This document shows positions 51,922-61,763 of a DNA stretch of 64,000 bases, in pieces. Within the stretch, counting starts at the first letter, position 1, and each line of letters begins with the position of its first letter. The notes under the pieces were generated by a model that saw nothing but the letters and a program-made list of their open reading frames with translations, made no database searches and was not told the origin of the DNA. The position numbers and the translations under genes are program-made. Origin of the DNA: Candidatus Latescibacterota bacterium (lineage in GTDB: Bacteria; Latescibacterota; UBA2968; GCA-2709665); the NCBI GenBank assembly GCA_963667175.2, contig CAXXXF010000017.1:32001-96000 (forward strand), in the 5' to 3' direction.

Positions 51922-54507
51922 ATGTTAGACGCTGAAACGAAACGCCGTATAGATACTGCCCGCGATATCCTGGTCGGGAAGGTGCCGGATCCCAAGAGTC
52001 AGGTGGAGCAGATCACCATCGCGTTGATCTACAAGTTCATGGACGACATGGACGCCGTGAGCGAGGAACTCGGCGGCACGCGGAGGTTCTTCGCCGGCGA
52101 GTTCGCCCGGTTCGGATGGCCGAAGCTGATGCGCTCCGGTCTGGGCGGACATGAGATGCTCAACGTCTACGCCGAAGCCATCGACCGCATGCCCGAGAAC
52201 CCCGGTATTCCGCCGCTTTTCAGGGACATCTTCAACAACGCGTATCTCCCCTATCGCGACCCGGAAACGCTCCGCGCCTTTTTGAAGGTCATCGACGAGT
52301 TTACGTACGACCACAGCGAGCGCCTCGGCGACGCCTTCGAGTACCTGCTCTCGGTCCTGGGTTCGCAGGGCGACGCGGGCCAGTTCCGCACCCCGCGCCA
52401 CATCATCGACTTCATCGTCGCAGTGATCGACCCGAAGAAAAACGAATCCATCCTGGACCCGGCCTGCGGCACCGCCGGGTTTCTGATTTCGTCGTACAAG
52501 CACATTGTCGAGGCCAACACCGACGACGACGGAAACAGCACGCTCACGCCCGACGAACGGGAAAAACTCACGGCAAACTTCAAGGGCTACGACATTTCAC
52601 CCGACATGGTCCGCCTGTCGCTGGTGAACATGTACCTCCACGGCTTCCAGGACCCGCACATCTTCGAATACGACACCCTCACCAGCGAGGACCGATGGAA
52701 CGAATACGCCGACGTGATTCTGGCCAATCCGCCGTTCATGTCGCCGAAGGGCGGAATCCGCCCGCACAACCGCTTTTCCGTGAAATCCAAACGTAGCGAA
52801 GTGCTGTTCGTGGACTACATGGCCGAACACCTCACACCATCCGGCCGGGCCGGGATCATCGTTCCTGAGGGCATCATCTTCCAGAGCCAGAACGCCCACA
52901 AACAGCTTCGCAAGATGCTTGTCGAGGAGTATCTGATCGCCGTCGCCTCCCTCCCCGCGGGCGTCTTCAATCCCTACTCCGGCGTCAAGACATCCATCCT
53001 CATCCTCGACAAAGCCCTGGCGAAAAGAACCGACAGCATCGCCTTCTTCAAGGTAGAAAACGACGGCTTCGACCTTGGCGCCCAGCGCAGAACGATCGAC
53101 CAGAACGACCTCCTGCGGACCCAGCAGGCTGTGAAGGAATACATGGGCAATGTTGGAAACATGGATGGACCTGTCTGCCGTGCCGGGCACGGCACAGGCA
53201 GGCAGGATGGGCAGGATAAAGGCGAACCACCCCCCGCCGCCGATCAGTCAATCCTGGAGCAACTCATTCAGCAAGGGACCGCCCTCATCGCAAAAAAAGA
53301 CAAGATCGCGGAGAACGGGGAATACAACCTGAGTGGGGAGAGGTATAGGGAATACAGAACCAACGATACAAAATACGCCTGGGTAAACCTTGGCGAAATT
53401 ATCTTGGGCAAACCGACGTACGGTTCCGGGGCACGCAAAGTTACATACGATAACAAAGTACGATATGTGCGGATAACTGACATCACAGACGACGGAGAAC
53501 TCCGTTCAAACGATTCAGTTTCGCCTTCACTAATCGAGCCAGACCTCTTCTTGAAACCTGGTGACCTGCTTATCGCACGCTCGGGCTCCGTTGGACGTAC
53601 CTACATGCACGGAAATCAGCAAGGAAATTATCAATACGCTGGTTACTTGATTCGTTTCCGTATCGATCCGACTAAAGCCGTTCCTGAATTTGTTTATCAC
53701 GTAACCAAGTCAGAGACGTGGCGCGAATGGATAGACAGTAACTCGAAGACGGGCACGCTTACCAATATTAACGCGAGACAGTATTCGAGCTTCAGTTTTC
53801 CCCTACCGCCTCTGGATGTGCAGCGGGAAATTGTGGAGGAGATTGAGGGGTATCAGCGGGTGATCAATGGCGCGCGCGCAGTCATCGAAAACTACCGGCC
53901 GCATATCCCCATCGACCCCGACTGGCCGATGGTGCATGTAGGTTCGCTTGCAAATATCGTCAGGGGCAGTTCTCCCCGCCCGAAGAGTGATCCGAGATAT
54001 TACGGTGGTCCTATTCCACGACTCATGGTCGCGGACATAACACGAGACGGGATGTATGCAACACCTCGACTTGACTCATTGACCATTGAAGGAGCAGTTA
54101 AAAGCCGTCCTATGAAAAAGGGGGATGTAGTTGTCACCGTGAGCGGCAATCCTGGACTGCCAACTATTCTGGCTACGGACGCATGCATTCATGACGGATT
54201 CGTTGGACTACGCAATCTGAAGTGTGATGTGGTGCTACCTACGTTTCTCTATTATTGCCTCCTCGCACAGCATGATCTGCATGGTACCCAATCGGTAGGT
54301 GCCGTGTTCAAGAATCTCACAACACATCAAATACGGGACTTTAGAATTCCTCTGCCTAACTGTGAAACCCAGCAAGCCATCGTCGCCGAGATTGATGCCG
54401 AACAGGCCGCAGTCGCCGCAAATCGCGAACTGTTAACACGATTCGAAAAGAAGATTCAGGCGGCTATTGGGAGGGTGTGGGGCGAGACTAAGAAAAACGC
54501 GCAATAG
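51922..54507 (+). CDS. hsdM: Type I RM methyltransferase-specificity fusion (HsdM-HsdS)
   Basis: GQFRTPRH, LDPACGTAGFL, NPPF (m6A); C-terminal two TRD-like regions of lower GC with PLPPLDVQREIV and IPLPNCETQQAIV conserved helices. Confidence 0.9.
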   Translation: MLDAETKRRIDTARDILVGKVPDPKSQVEQITIALIYKFMDDMDAVSEELGGTRRFFAGEFARFGWPKLMRSGLGGHEMLNVYAEAIDRMPENPGIPPLFRDIFNNAYLPYRDPETLRAFLKVIDEFTYDHSERLGDAFEYLLSVLGSQGDAGQFRTPRHIIDFIVAVIDPKKNESILDPACGTAGFLISSYKHIVEANTDDDGNSTLTPDEREKLTANFKGYDISPDMVRLSLVNMYLHGFQDPHIFEYDTLTSEDRWNEYADVILANPPFMSPKGGIRPHNRFSVKSKRSEVLFVDYMAEHLTPSGRAGIIVPEGIIFQSQNAHKQLRKMLVEEYLIAVASLPAGVFNPYSGVKTSILILDKALAKRTDSIAFFKVENDGFDLGAQRRTIDQNDLLRTQQAVKEYMGNVGNMDGPVCRAGHGTGRQDGQDKGEPPPAADQSILEQLIQQGTALIAKKDKIAENGEYNLSGERYREYRTNDTKYAWVNLGEIILGKPTYGSGARKVTYDNKVRYVRITDITDDGELRSNDSVSPSLIEPDLFLKPGDLLIARSGSVGRTYMHGNQQGNYQYAGYLIRFRIDPTKAVPEFVYHVTKSETWREWIDSNSKTGTLTNINARQYSSFSFPLPPLDVQREIVEEIEGYQRVINGARAVIENYRPHIPIDPDWPMVHVGSLANIVRGSSPRPKSDPRYYGGPIPRLMVADITRDGMYATPRLDSLTIEGAVKSRPMKKGDVVVTVSGNPGLPTILATDACIHDGFVGLRNLKCDVVLPTFLYYCLLAQHDLHGTQSVGAVFKNLTTHQIRDFRIPLPNCETQQAIVAEIDAEQAAVAANRELLTRFEKKIQAAIGRVWGETKKNAQ
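53158..53220 (+). repeat. In-frame boundary repeat with nested 33-bp palindrome (53170-53202) in the M-S linker
   Basis: AACATGGATGGA[CCTGTCTGCCGTGCCGGGCACGGCACAGGCAGG]CAGGATGGGCAGGATAAA. Confidence 0.8.
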
Positions 54508-54513
54508 GATGAG

Positions 54514-55236
54514 ATGATGGAAGACGCACTCGAGATGAACGAGTTTCTCCCAATTTCGTTCAAAACGATCGAAGAAGGCGAATACGTTGCTTTTCTTTGG
54601 AGTAGCTTTGAGTCGAATTTCACTCAGCGCAAATTCCAGTTCGCGTACCTGGCCTTTCACATGCTTGCGATGAGCATTGTATATTTCAAGATCTGGCAGA
54701 TAAAGCACGCAAGGCCAGAGGAATTTAGAAGAGCCTTAATTGGCTTTAGTAATCACGAAGAAAAGGACATCCTGAAGACCACCTCACCCTTTACGTTTAG
54801 CATGGTATCGGAGCGCAGAGTTTTTCGTTTTCTCAAACTCGTTGGATGTGATAACGGCCAGATTGGAAATTACGCGAGACTTGTCGACGACCGCAATGAG
54901 ATGGCACATCCGAATGGCCATATTTACGTAAAGTCACAGGACCAACTTGACGCGAAGATTAGGAATATCCTGAGGGTGATGAGTGACATTCATGCGCAAT
55001 CCAAACCGATCGTCGAGTCCTGCTATGAAGAGTTTCTCTTGAGCAACTTCGACCCCGAGACCCGAGAGTACTTTGATGAGAAAGATCAGATCAGGGAAGT
55101 TCTAATCCACCATAATTACCTTTCTCCGAAGGACATTGAACTCTGCACCAGATTCAATGTCGGAGATCTGGCCAATCGGCGCGGATTTGAACATATGAAA
55201 CGTCTTCACGATTGCTTACTTGCGGACTATGAATAA
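54514..55236 (+). CDS. Hypothetical protein coupled to the RM operon (RNxxxH motif, possibly HEPN-like)
   Basis: 240-aa AT-rich ORF 6 nt after hsdM-S; contains RNEMAH. Confidence 0.6.
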   Translation: MMEDALEMNEFLPISFKTIEEGEYVAFLWSSFESNFTQRKFQFAYLAFHMLAMSIVYFKIWQIKHARPEEFRRALIGFSNHEEKDILKTTSPFTFSMVSERRVFRFLKLVGCDNGQIGNYARLVDDRNEMAHPNGHIYVKSQDQLDAKIRNILRVMSDIHAQSKPIVESCYEEFLLSNFDPETREYFDEKDQIREVLIHHNYLSPKDIELCTRFNVGDLANRRGFEHMKRLHDCLLADYE

Positions 55237-55972
55237 AACGGACTGTTCACACCTCACTGATTATCGTGCACGCCCCTGAATCAACACATACCAACAAGCC
55301 GCGGAACGTGTCAAGAGCAATGGGACGCCGAGAACGCCGACAGAGCGTTTAATTCCAGATGCGGATCCTAACTACGCAGTCATATGAGAATTGAGGGAAA
55401 CAGTGTTACGCGAGATAAGGTTACGAAATTTCCGCGGGTTTGATGATCATCAGTTGCCGCTAAAGGATCTCACGGTAATCGTTGGAAAGAACAATGCAGG
55501 AAAGACAACATTGGTGGAAGCGCTCAGGCTTCTGTCCATAGTAGTATCCAGATACCGAAATTTGACATATCGAAGACCCCCCGTTTGGACAGACTTACCG
55601 CATCGTGACTATGGTGTTGCTCCTTCTTTAAGGAATCTGGAGATAAATTTCCAAGGGATATTTCACAGGTATAATCCTCCACCAGCGATTTTGGAGGGGT
55701 TCTTCAAAAACGGCACGTCAGTTTCCATCTACGTGAATGACACACAAGAGATACATGCTACAGTAAGGGACTCAGAAGGCAACGTCGTCCGTAGTCGGGA
55801 TCAAGCAAGCAAAACTGACCTTCTAGGTGTAAGTATTATGCCTCAGGTCACGCCGCTTCAACTTACTGAAAAAGTGCTTACGCCCGAATACGTTCGAAGA
55901 GCAATGTCATCTGCATTGTCCTCATTGCATTTCGGAACGTGTCAATAGAAATGAGACACCTCCCGTTGGGGT

Positions 55973-56986
55973 TTAGTGTAGCAGTTGTTGGCATTCGATG
56001 GTGTTCTGTGGTTGGTTAATCCAGACTTGGTCTGGAACGTGTGGTGGTCGAGGATGCCCCTTAACAAATCGTTCAGGGTGGTTGTGATAAGCCTGATCCA
56101 GCACCGATTGTCTGGCGGCTTGCACCTGCTGTGTGAGCCCATGGTGGACGGTGTCGGGCGTGAGTAAGCCCAGTCCGCTGTGCCGGTGTTGCGTGTTGTA
56201 CCAGGAAAAGAAGGTCTGTAAATAGGTACGGGCTTCTTGCGGACCGGTGAAGCGCCCGGGGTATGAAGGCGCGTATTTGAGCGTTTTGAACTGGCTTTCG
56301 GAATACGGGTTGTCATCGGAGACGCGGGGTCGAGCGTAGCTGGCCAGGATGTCGAGGTCCATCAGCAACTGCGAAAACGTCTTGGCTGTCATGGGTGCGC
56401 CGCGGTCCTGGTGCAGCGTCAGTTGTCGGGGTTGAATGCCCTGCTTGTTGCAGGCGTTGGTGATCAGGCGCTTGGCGTATGTGGCGCTTTCTCTTGTGGC
56501 GACCATCCAGGCCACGACATAGCGTGAGAACAGATCCAGTACGACGTAGAGGGGATAGGTTTCCCACTTGCGGGTTCCTGGCAGCCGCGTGATATCCCAT
56601 GTCCAGACCTGGTTGGGCGCATCCGCCATCAAGCGGGGCGGTTCCAGACGTGGATGACGCCGCTGGTGTCGCCGCTGGGGCACCTCTCCTGCATCGTGCA
56701 GCAGACGGTACATGGTCCGGATCGAGCAGACATACCGCCCTTCCTCGAGCAGCGCGGCGTAGACTGCCGGTGGCGCCTGGTCTACGAAGCGGTCCTCGTG
56801 CAGGATGTCCAGCACGGTAGCGCGCTCGTTTTGGGAAAGCGCACGTGGCGACGAGGACCGGGCGCCACGAGGCCCGCGTTGGGCTGGCTGACGCGCACGG
56901 TAGACCGATGCCCGCGCCACACCCAGCGCCCGGCACGCGGAAGCCAACCCGACCTTCGGGGCCAGTTGTTCTGCCGCCCGTATCAT
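55973..56986 (-). CDS. IS3-family transposase OrfB (DDE integrase core)
   Basis: PNQVWTWDIT, LDLFSRYVV, HQDRG, DNPYSESQFKTLK, WYN..HRHSGLG; ATGA overlap with orfA. Confidence 0.9.
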   Translation of the reverse strand: MIRAAEQLAPKVGLASACRALGVARASVYRARQPAQRGPRGARSSSPRALSQNERATVLDILHEDRFVDQAPPAVYAALLEEGRYVCSIRTMYRLLHDAGEVPQRRHQRRHPRLEPPRLMADAPNQVWTWDITRLPGTRKWETYPLYVVLDLFSRYVVAWMVATRESATYAKRLITNACNKQGIQPRQLTLHQDRGAPMTAKTFSQLLMDLDILASYARPRVSDDNPYSESQFKTLKYAPSYPGRFTGPQEARTYLQTFFSWYNTQHRHSGLGLLTPDTVHHGLTQQVQAARQSVLDQAYHNHPERFVKGHPRPPHVPDQVWINQPQNTIECQQLLH

Positions 56987-57450
56987 ACGTCGTCGTCGCC
57001 TGCTGGCGGATTCAGGGGGATGCCCAGGATCTCGGAGGCTTTTTTTTGGATCTCGAGGATCGTGTTCGCCTGTTCCAATCGTCGTCGCAAACGGGCGATC
57101 TCCTTGCGCAGTTGCTCGTTCTCGACGGATACCTCGTCGCGGCGACGCCCTTTCGGTCCCCGCAGCTTCAACAGCGCCTTGAGCGACCCCTCGCGACGCG
57201 CACGACGCCACTGCGTCAACTGCGAGGAATACAGACCCTCGCGGCGCAGCAGCGCGCCGACTTCACCAGGGGCACGGCACGCGTCGGCCTCTTCCAAGAT
57301 GCGAAGCTTGTACTTTGCCGTGAAACGGCGACGCCGCGCACGCGCCGGCACTTCCGGATTCGGCCTCGTGGTTGTGGAGGTCCCGCGCGGGACCTCCACA
57401 ACCAGAGACCCCTTGCTGCCGTTGCCTACAACATCGGTCCTTGACCTCAT
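56983..57450 (-). CDS. IS3-family OrfA (HTH + coiled coil)
   Basis: RRRFTAKYKLRILEEAD..GALLRREGLYSS.L..WR..EIQKKAS; A-run slippery site near 57040. Confidence 0.85.
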   Translation of the reverse strand: MRSRTDVVGNGSKGSLVVEVPRGTSTTTRPNPEVPARARRRRFTAKYKLRILEEADACRAPGEVGALLRREGLYSSQLTQWRRARREGSLKALLKLRGPKGRRRDEVSVENEQLRKEIARLRRRLEQANTILEIQKKASEILGIPLNPPAGDDDV

Positions 57451-58864
57451 CTCTTGTTCTCCTCTCCGCCCATGATACGACATTAATCTCGAAGGGGGAG
57501 TTGTCTCACTCTATATTGGCACGTAGGGTTTTCGGAATCAGCTGAACTTGCTACGTGAGGATTTTTATTCCGAATTCCAGCGCGTGGTCGAAGACACTTG
57601 GCCAGGAGTACGGGTAATGGAGTTGTTGGTCCGAGGAAGGCAGCCCGACAAGCAGGTATTCTTGCACATTAGAAATGAAGACTTCGTGGGAGAAGTCGGA
57701 CTGATGGGACATGGTTTGCAGATGTGGTTACAGGCTATGTGGTTTTTGACACGTTCTGCCCGAAGCACGACGGTCATTCTTGATGAACCTGACGTATACA
57801 TGCACCCCGACCTTCAAAGAAGAGTAATCCGCTTTCTACGCAATCGATACCCCCAAACCATCTTGACAACACATTCGATTGAGATTATGGCGGAGGTCGA
57901 ACCCGACAACATTCTTATCGTCGATAAAGCTCGAGACAGGAGTGATTTTGCGTCAACACTTCCTGCAGTCCAAGAGATTACAAGCAACATCGGTAGCGTC
58001 CATAATGTCCATCTTTCGAGGCTCTGGACATCGAGAAGATTTCTCTTACTAGAAGGTAAGGACATCCGGTTTTTGAAACATTTCCAAGATGTTCTTTTTC
58101 CGAGTAGCAATGTACCGATGGAGACCATTCCTCATATGTCGATTGGAGGTTGGGGAGGTTGGAATTTTGCAATTGGATCGTCAATGGCATTACAAAATGC
58201 GATGGGAGAAGAGATCGAAGTGTATTGTATCCTTGACAGAGACTACCACACGGAGAGTGAGATAGAAGAAAGAATGAACAAAGCAATGGAACGAGGCATA
58301 CACCTGCACATTTGGGCTCAAAAAGAGATCGAAAATTACCTTCTATCACCACCTGTAATTCATAGATATATCTCGCATCGCACCGCAACACGTACGGACC
58401 CTCCGTCGCAGTATGAAGTAAGTGAAAAGATTGAAGAATTGGCATGGAATTTGGAAGAGGATGTTTTCGATTCGCTCTCTAGCGAATTCCATATAGGCAA
58501 CCGCAAGAGAGGATTGAGGGGAGCAAATGCCGCAGCGAGAAAATATATGAAACCATATAAGGAGGACGGTTCAATAGTACCGATTGTTTCTGGTAAGTCC
58601 CTTCTTGCGAAGATCTCATCTTGGTCGAAGTCGGAATTCGGCGTGCAGGTCAGCGCGATAGGTTTAATCAGTGAGTTTCAGAAATCTGAGATCGACATTG
58701 AAGTGGTCCGTGTCATTACCGCAATTGAGCAACTCCGAGAATTTTAGGGCTTTCTCTATATAACCATCTGCTTACTACGGCCGAAAAGGTTCAGTCTGTT
58801 GGATTTCAAAGGGTTCGCAAGTCTACCTGTACCATACAGGGGTCGGCGTCATTTCCAGTGGTAG

Positions 58865-59164
58865 GGCACCTCTGGTTTTGGGAAAGCGGATTACCAGAAT
58901 GACAAGAACGAAGAATATTACGTTCCATTTAAATTTGAGTGGGCCTTAGGCGAAAGTGAATGGCACCAGGCACCGAGGGCATGGAAGATCAATAAGAAAT
59001 GGAATTCAAGCCATCGGTTCACACAAACTGTGTTTGTTATTACCGAGGAGATGGCAGAGGAAATACAGGCAATATTCAAAAAAAACGGAAGGTACGGACT
59101 AATTTCCACAGATTTTCCAGCTTCTTTAATCACATTGGAAAGCCTTGGGAAGCAATTGAAGTAG
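58865..59164 (+). pseudogene. Start-less 99-codon open frame (probable 3' gene remnant)
   Basis: ..YYVPFKFEWALGESEWHQAPRAWKINKKW..FTQTVFVITEEMAEEIQAIF..; preceded directly by TAG. Confidence 0.35.
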
Positions 59165-59279
59165 GCGTTGGGTGAGGGTCATTCCCGCCGCTGATTGAAA
59201 CAGCCGTTTTGCAACACAAAAACGCCCCACACTCGCGTAAGCGAATACAGGGCTGTCCCAGATCTGACCACGCGTTGGA

Positions 59280-59543
59280 CTAGTCGCTGAATGCCTTTAT
59301 AGCAAGCCCTGCGATAGCCAAGATCGTCGTAACCTGCAACGGTACTACCCAACGGTAGAGACCGTCGATCTTGGCTTCCAGGGACGTGCGGGTAGTGTCG
59401 ATCTTTGCGTCCACCGCGTCTATCTTTGTTTCCATCCGCCCCAAACGGACATCAATCTGTTCGACCACGCCCTCCAACCGGGCAATACGCCCCTCGTGGT
59501 CCAATGGATAAGGGCGTTCCTGCGTTGGACTCGTCTCGGCCAT
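59280..59543 (-). CDS. Small coiled-coil protein with C-terminal TM (DUF1640/Bdr-like)
   Basis: RLEG..KIDAVDAKID..KIDGLYRW plus hydrophobic tail; GGAG RBS. Confidence 0.6.
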   Translation of the reverse strand: MAETSPTQERPYPLDHEGRIARLEGVVEQIDVRLGRMETKIDAVDAKIDTTRTSLEAKIDGLYRWVVPLQVTTILAIAGLAIKAFSD

Positions 59544-59592
59544 CGACTTTCATCTCCACTTGCTGCAGTTTGTTTGGTCAGGGGTACTAGGT

Positions 59593-60099
59593 TCAGATCA
59601 GTTGAAGATTCATAAGGCGGTAAGTCATCGCCTGCGGACTAACCTTAAATTTATCGGCGAGTCGCTCAAGGCCGTCGTCCTCGGTAAGGTCAAAGGGTTG
59701 TCGATCAAAAGCCTCCCTAACCCAATGTGCGGGCATGAGCAGAGCTGCTGCGAACGCATTCGCTTCCATTTCTTCTGACTCGGTTCCAGAGCCAGACTCC
59801 ATGTCGCGGAATTGTACGCGATATCCTTTGTCTATATAGGTCTCGCCTTTGTGAAGTAGGTAATGTGCGATTTCGTGCGCAATACTGAATCGCCGTCGAT
59901 TGGAATGATGACCCCAGTTGACCCCGATTACAGCTCGGTTTCTTTTTCGGACAAGCACTCCCGAGCAATCTTCTCCAAGGTCCGCCAATTCGACCCTGAC
60001 GCCCAAACAGGCGGCGACTTGCTCCACAGGTACGGGTGCAGAATGAACTCTCGCTCTTGCGAGTAGTCGATCTGCCTGTGTCTCAATCTCTATCGACAT
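59593..60099 (-). CDS. ImmA/IrrE-family metallopeptidase (CapP-like)
   Basis: RRRFSIAHEIAH (HExxH), EMEANAFAAALLMP, FKVS.QAM.YRL. Confidence 0.88.
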   Translation of the reverse strand: MSIEIETQADRLLARARVHSAPVPVEQVAACLGVRVELADLGEDCSGVLVRKRNRAVIGVNWGHHSNRRRFSIAHEIAHYLLHKGETYIDKGYRVQFRDMESGSGTESEEMEANAFAAALLMPAHWVREAFDRQPFDLTEDDGLERLADKFKVSPQAMTYRLMNLQLI

Positions 60100-60448
60100 T
60101 GGTGCCGATCTTCTCTCGGCTACTTGCGATAAAAGAGACTACCTGGCTTTGGATCTCTTCCGCTACACCATCGGGGAGACTTGATAATTGGGCGGTTGCA
60201 TCCGTTCCCGAATACTCGTCTCGTGACGGCAACAGCGAACGCATGTCAACGCTTAATGCATCTGCTAGCGACCAAAGTGTGTGCAGAGTTGGCCGTTGAT
60301 TTCCACTTTCAATGTTCGCAATTGAGCCACGTGCCAAATCACACCGTTGCGCAAGTTGGGTCTGCGATAGCCCGGCCTTTTGCCGGTATCGTTCAACTTT
60401 CTGCCCTACCAGTTCGTAGAGCCTCTCTGAGTTAGGTCGTCGTCGCAT
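60083..60448 (-). CDS. XRE-family HTH regulator (CapH-like)
   Basis: RQKAGLSQTQLA..LARGSIANIESG.QRP; overlaps the peptidase gene; divergent from CBASS. Confidence 0.85.
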   Translation of the reverse strand: MRRRPNSERLYELVGQKVERYRQKAGLSQTQLAQRCDLARGSIANIESGNQRPTLHTLWSLADALSVDMRSLLPSRDEYSGTDATAQLSSLPDGVAEEIQSQVVSFIASSREKIGTNVDRD

Positions 60449-60461
60449 AATTCTAGCACAG

Positions 60462-60490
60462 AATTTAAGCAATCCCACATGAAGTGTCAA
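60462..60490 (-). promoter_or_regulatory. sigma70 promoter for the HTH-peptidase pair
   Basis: TTGACA, 17 nt, TAAATT on the minus strand, 13 nt above the ATG. Confidence 0.65.
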
Positions 60491-60586
60491 GCAATAAAAA
60501 GCAAATGTGTGAATTGTATCTCTCAAACGCCACAAGAGAGCCGAATATATCGCTTTTTAATGCAAGGCAATATAGTTTTTTATCCC

Positions 60587-60615
60587 TTGACATCAGATGG
60601 TGTTTTCATTAGATT
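60587..60615 (+). promoter_or_regulatory. sigma70 promoter for the CBASS operon
   Basis: TTGACA, 17 nt, TAGATT. Confidence 0.65.
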
Positions 60616-60810
60616 CCCCAAAGTTCTGAGGCACGTCCATTTATTTGGATATTGAACCCTTACAACCAATGAGACTGCGATTGATGCATTCCGTTACCAT
60701 AAATTCGCGTCTCCAGCACAGTTTCCGACTGCGAACCACCACAAAACCCAGATAGAGACCTGTCGCACTCCGCTTTCTGGGGGCTCTTTGGAAAAAACAG
60801 GAGGTGTTCA

Positions 60811-61758
60811 GTGGAATACTTGAACCAGCAGCTAATCAACTACGTTAACCGGATCAAGCTTACTCAAGAGAAGAAATCCTCGTACGCCAATCAAATTGAG
60901 AATCTGAGGAACAATGTTCTCAGTGCCGTAAAGGAAATGGAGAACACCAGGGTGACGAGAATATTACAAGCGGGGTCGTGGAAGAAGGGCACTGCGTTGG
61001 CCCCAAAGGGAGACTATCCGCTCGATATCGACATGGTGTTTTTCTTAGACGTTGATGAAGATTCTTCGTTTGACGCTGAGGATCTGCGCGAGGACATAAT
61101 CGACGTTTTATGTGGAGCATATCCAAACAAGGAAAGATCGGATTTTACTGATGGCCAAAAGACGATCGGCATTGTATTCAGGGGCACCGGGCTTGAAGCT
61201 GACATTGTGCCGTTTATCCCGGAGAAAGGAAATACGACATACGGCAGGCAACCTCGAAAAAAACTAAACTCAGGTGAGTTTAAAACCAGCGTTGACAAGC
61301 AACTGGAATTCATCAGCAAAATAAAAATTAAATGTTCGAATTTCACATCTATCGTCCGGATATTGAAGAGTTGGAGGAATTACAAGGAATTGGCACTTTC
61401 CTCCTTTGCGATTGAATTAGCGGCGGCCAATTTGGTTCACGAAGGGAGAATAAATGGCTCTTCGATAAATCAGGCGATTGTCAGCTTCTTCGAGTTCTTC
61501 GGCAACGGTAATCCCGTCGAGGTGTATTTCTCGGGCGCAATTGGGCCAAAGGACGGCAACGCCCCATGCATAGCGGATCCGACAAACAACGAAAACAATA
61601 CGATCAGGATGTCTGATAGTGAGTGGGACGAGATCGTCGAGATTGCCGAGAATAGCTTTGAGACGATTTCCTATGCGCAGGCAGTCAAGGAGACCGGAAA
61701 AACATTGGACCTGTGGAAGGAAGTTTTCGGACCGAGTTTCAATATTAATGAGGAGTAA
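60811..61758 (+). CDS. CBASS CD-NTase (SMODS nucleotidyltransferase, CdnC-like)
   Basis: AGSWKKGT..DIDMV, ADIVP, LKSWRN, SFAIEL, DPTN..NN, W.EVFGP.F; GGAGGT RBS with GTG start. Confidence 0.9.
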   Translation: MEYLNQQLINYVNRIKLTQEKKSSYANQIENLRNNVLSAVKEMENTRVTRILQAGSWKKGTALAPKGDYPLDIDMVFFLDVDEDSSFDAEDLREDIIDVLCGAYPNKERSDFTDGQKTIGIVFRGTGLEADIVPFIPEKGNTTYGRQPRKKLNSGEFKTSVDKQLEFISKIKIKCSNFTSIVRILKSWRNYKELALSSFAIELAAANLVHEGRINGSSINQAIVSFFEFFGNGNPVEVYFSGAIGPKDGNAPCIADPTNNENNTIRMSDSEWDEIVEIAENSFETISYAQAVKETGKTLDLWKEVFGPSFNINEE

Positions 61759-61763
61759 AACTA

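Larger units (their letters stand above)
55933..57528 (-). mobile_element. IS3-family insertion sequence (~1.6 kb)
   Basis: Imperfect IRs ACGTGTCAATAGAAATGAGACA / ACGTGCCAATATAGAGTGAGACA, TTT duplication, high GC against AT-rich flanks, orfA + orfB. Confidence 0.88.
55391..58747 (+). pseudogene. OLD-family ABC-ATPase + Toprim nuclease, interrupted by an IS
   Basis: N-half has LRNFRG and GKNNAGKT; C-half has GHG, ILDEPD..HP, TTHS, LLEGKD and DRD. Removing the IS and one TTT restores ..SSLHFRNQLNLL... Confidence 0.8.
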
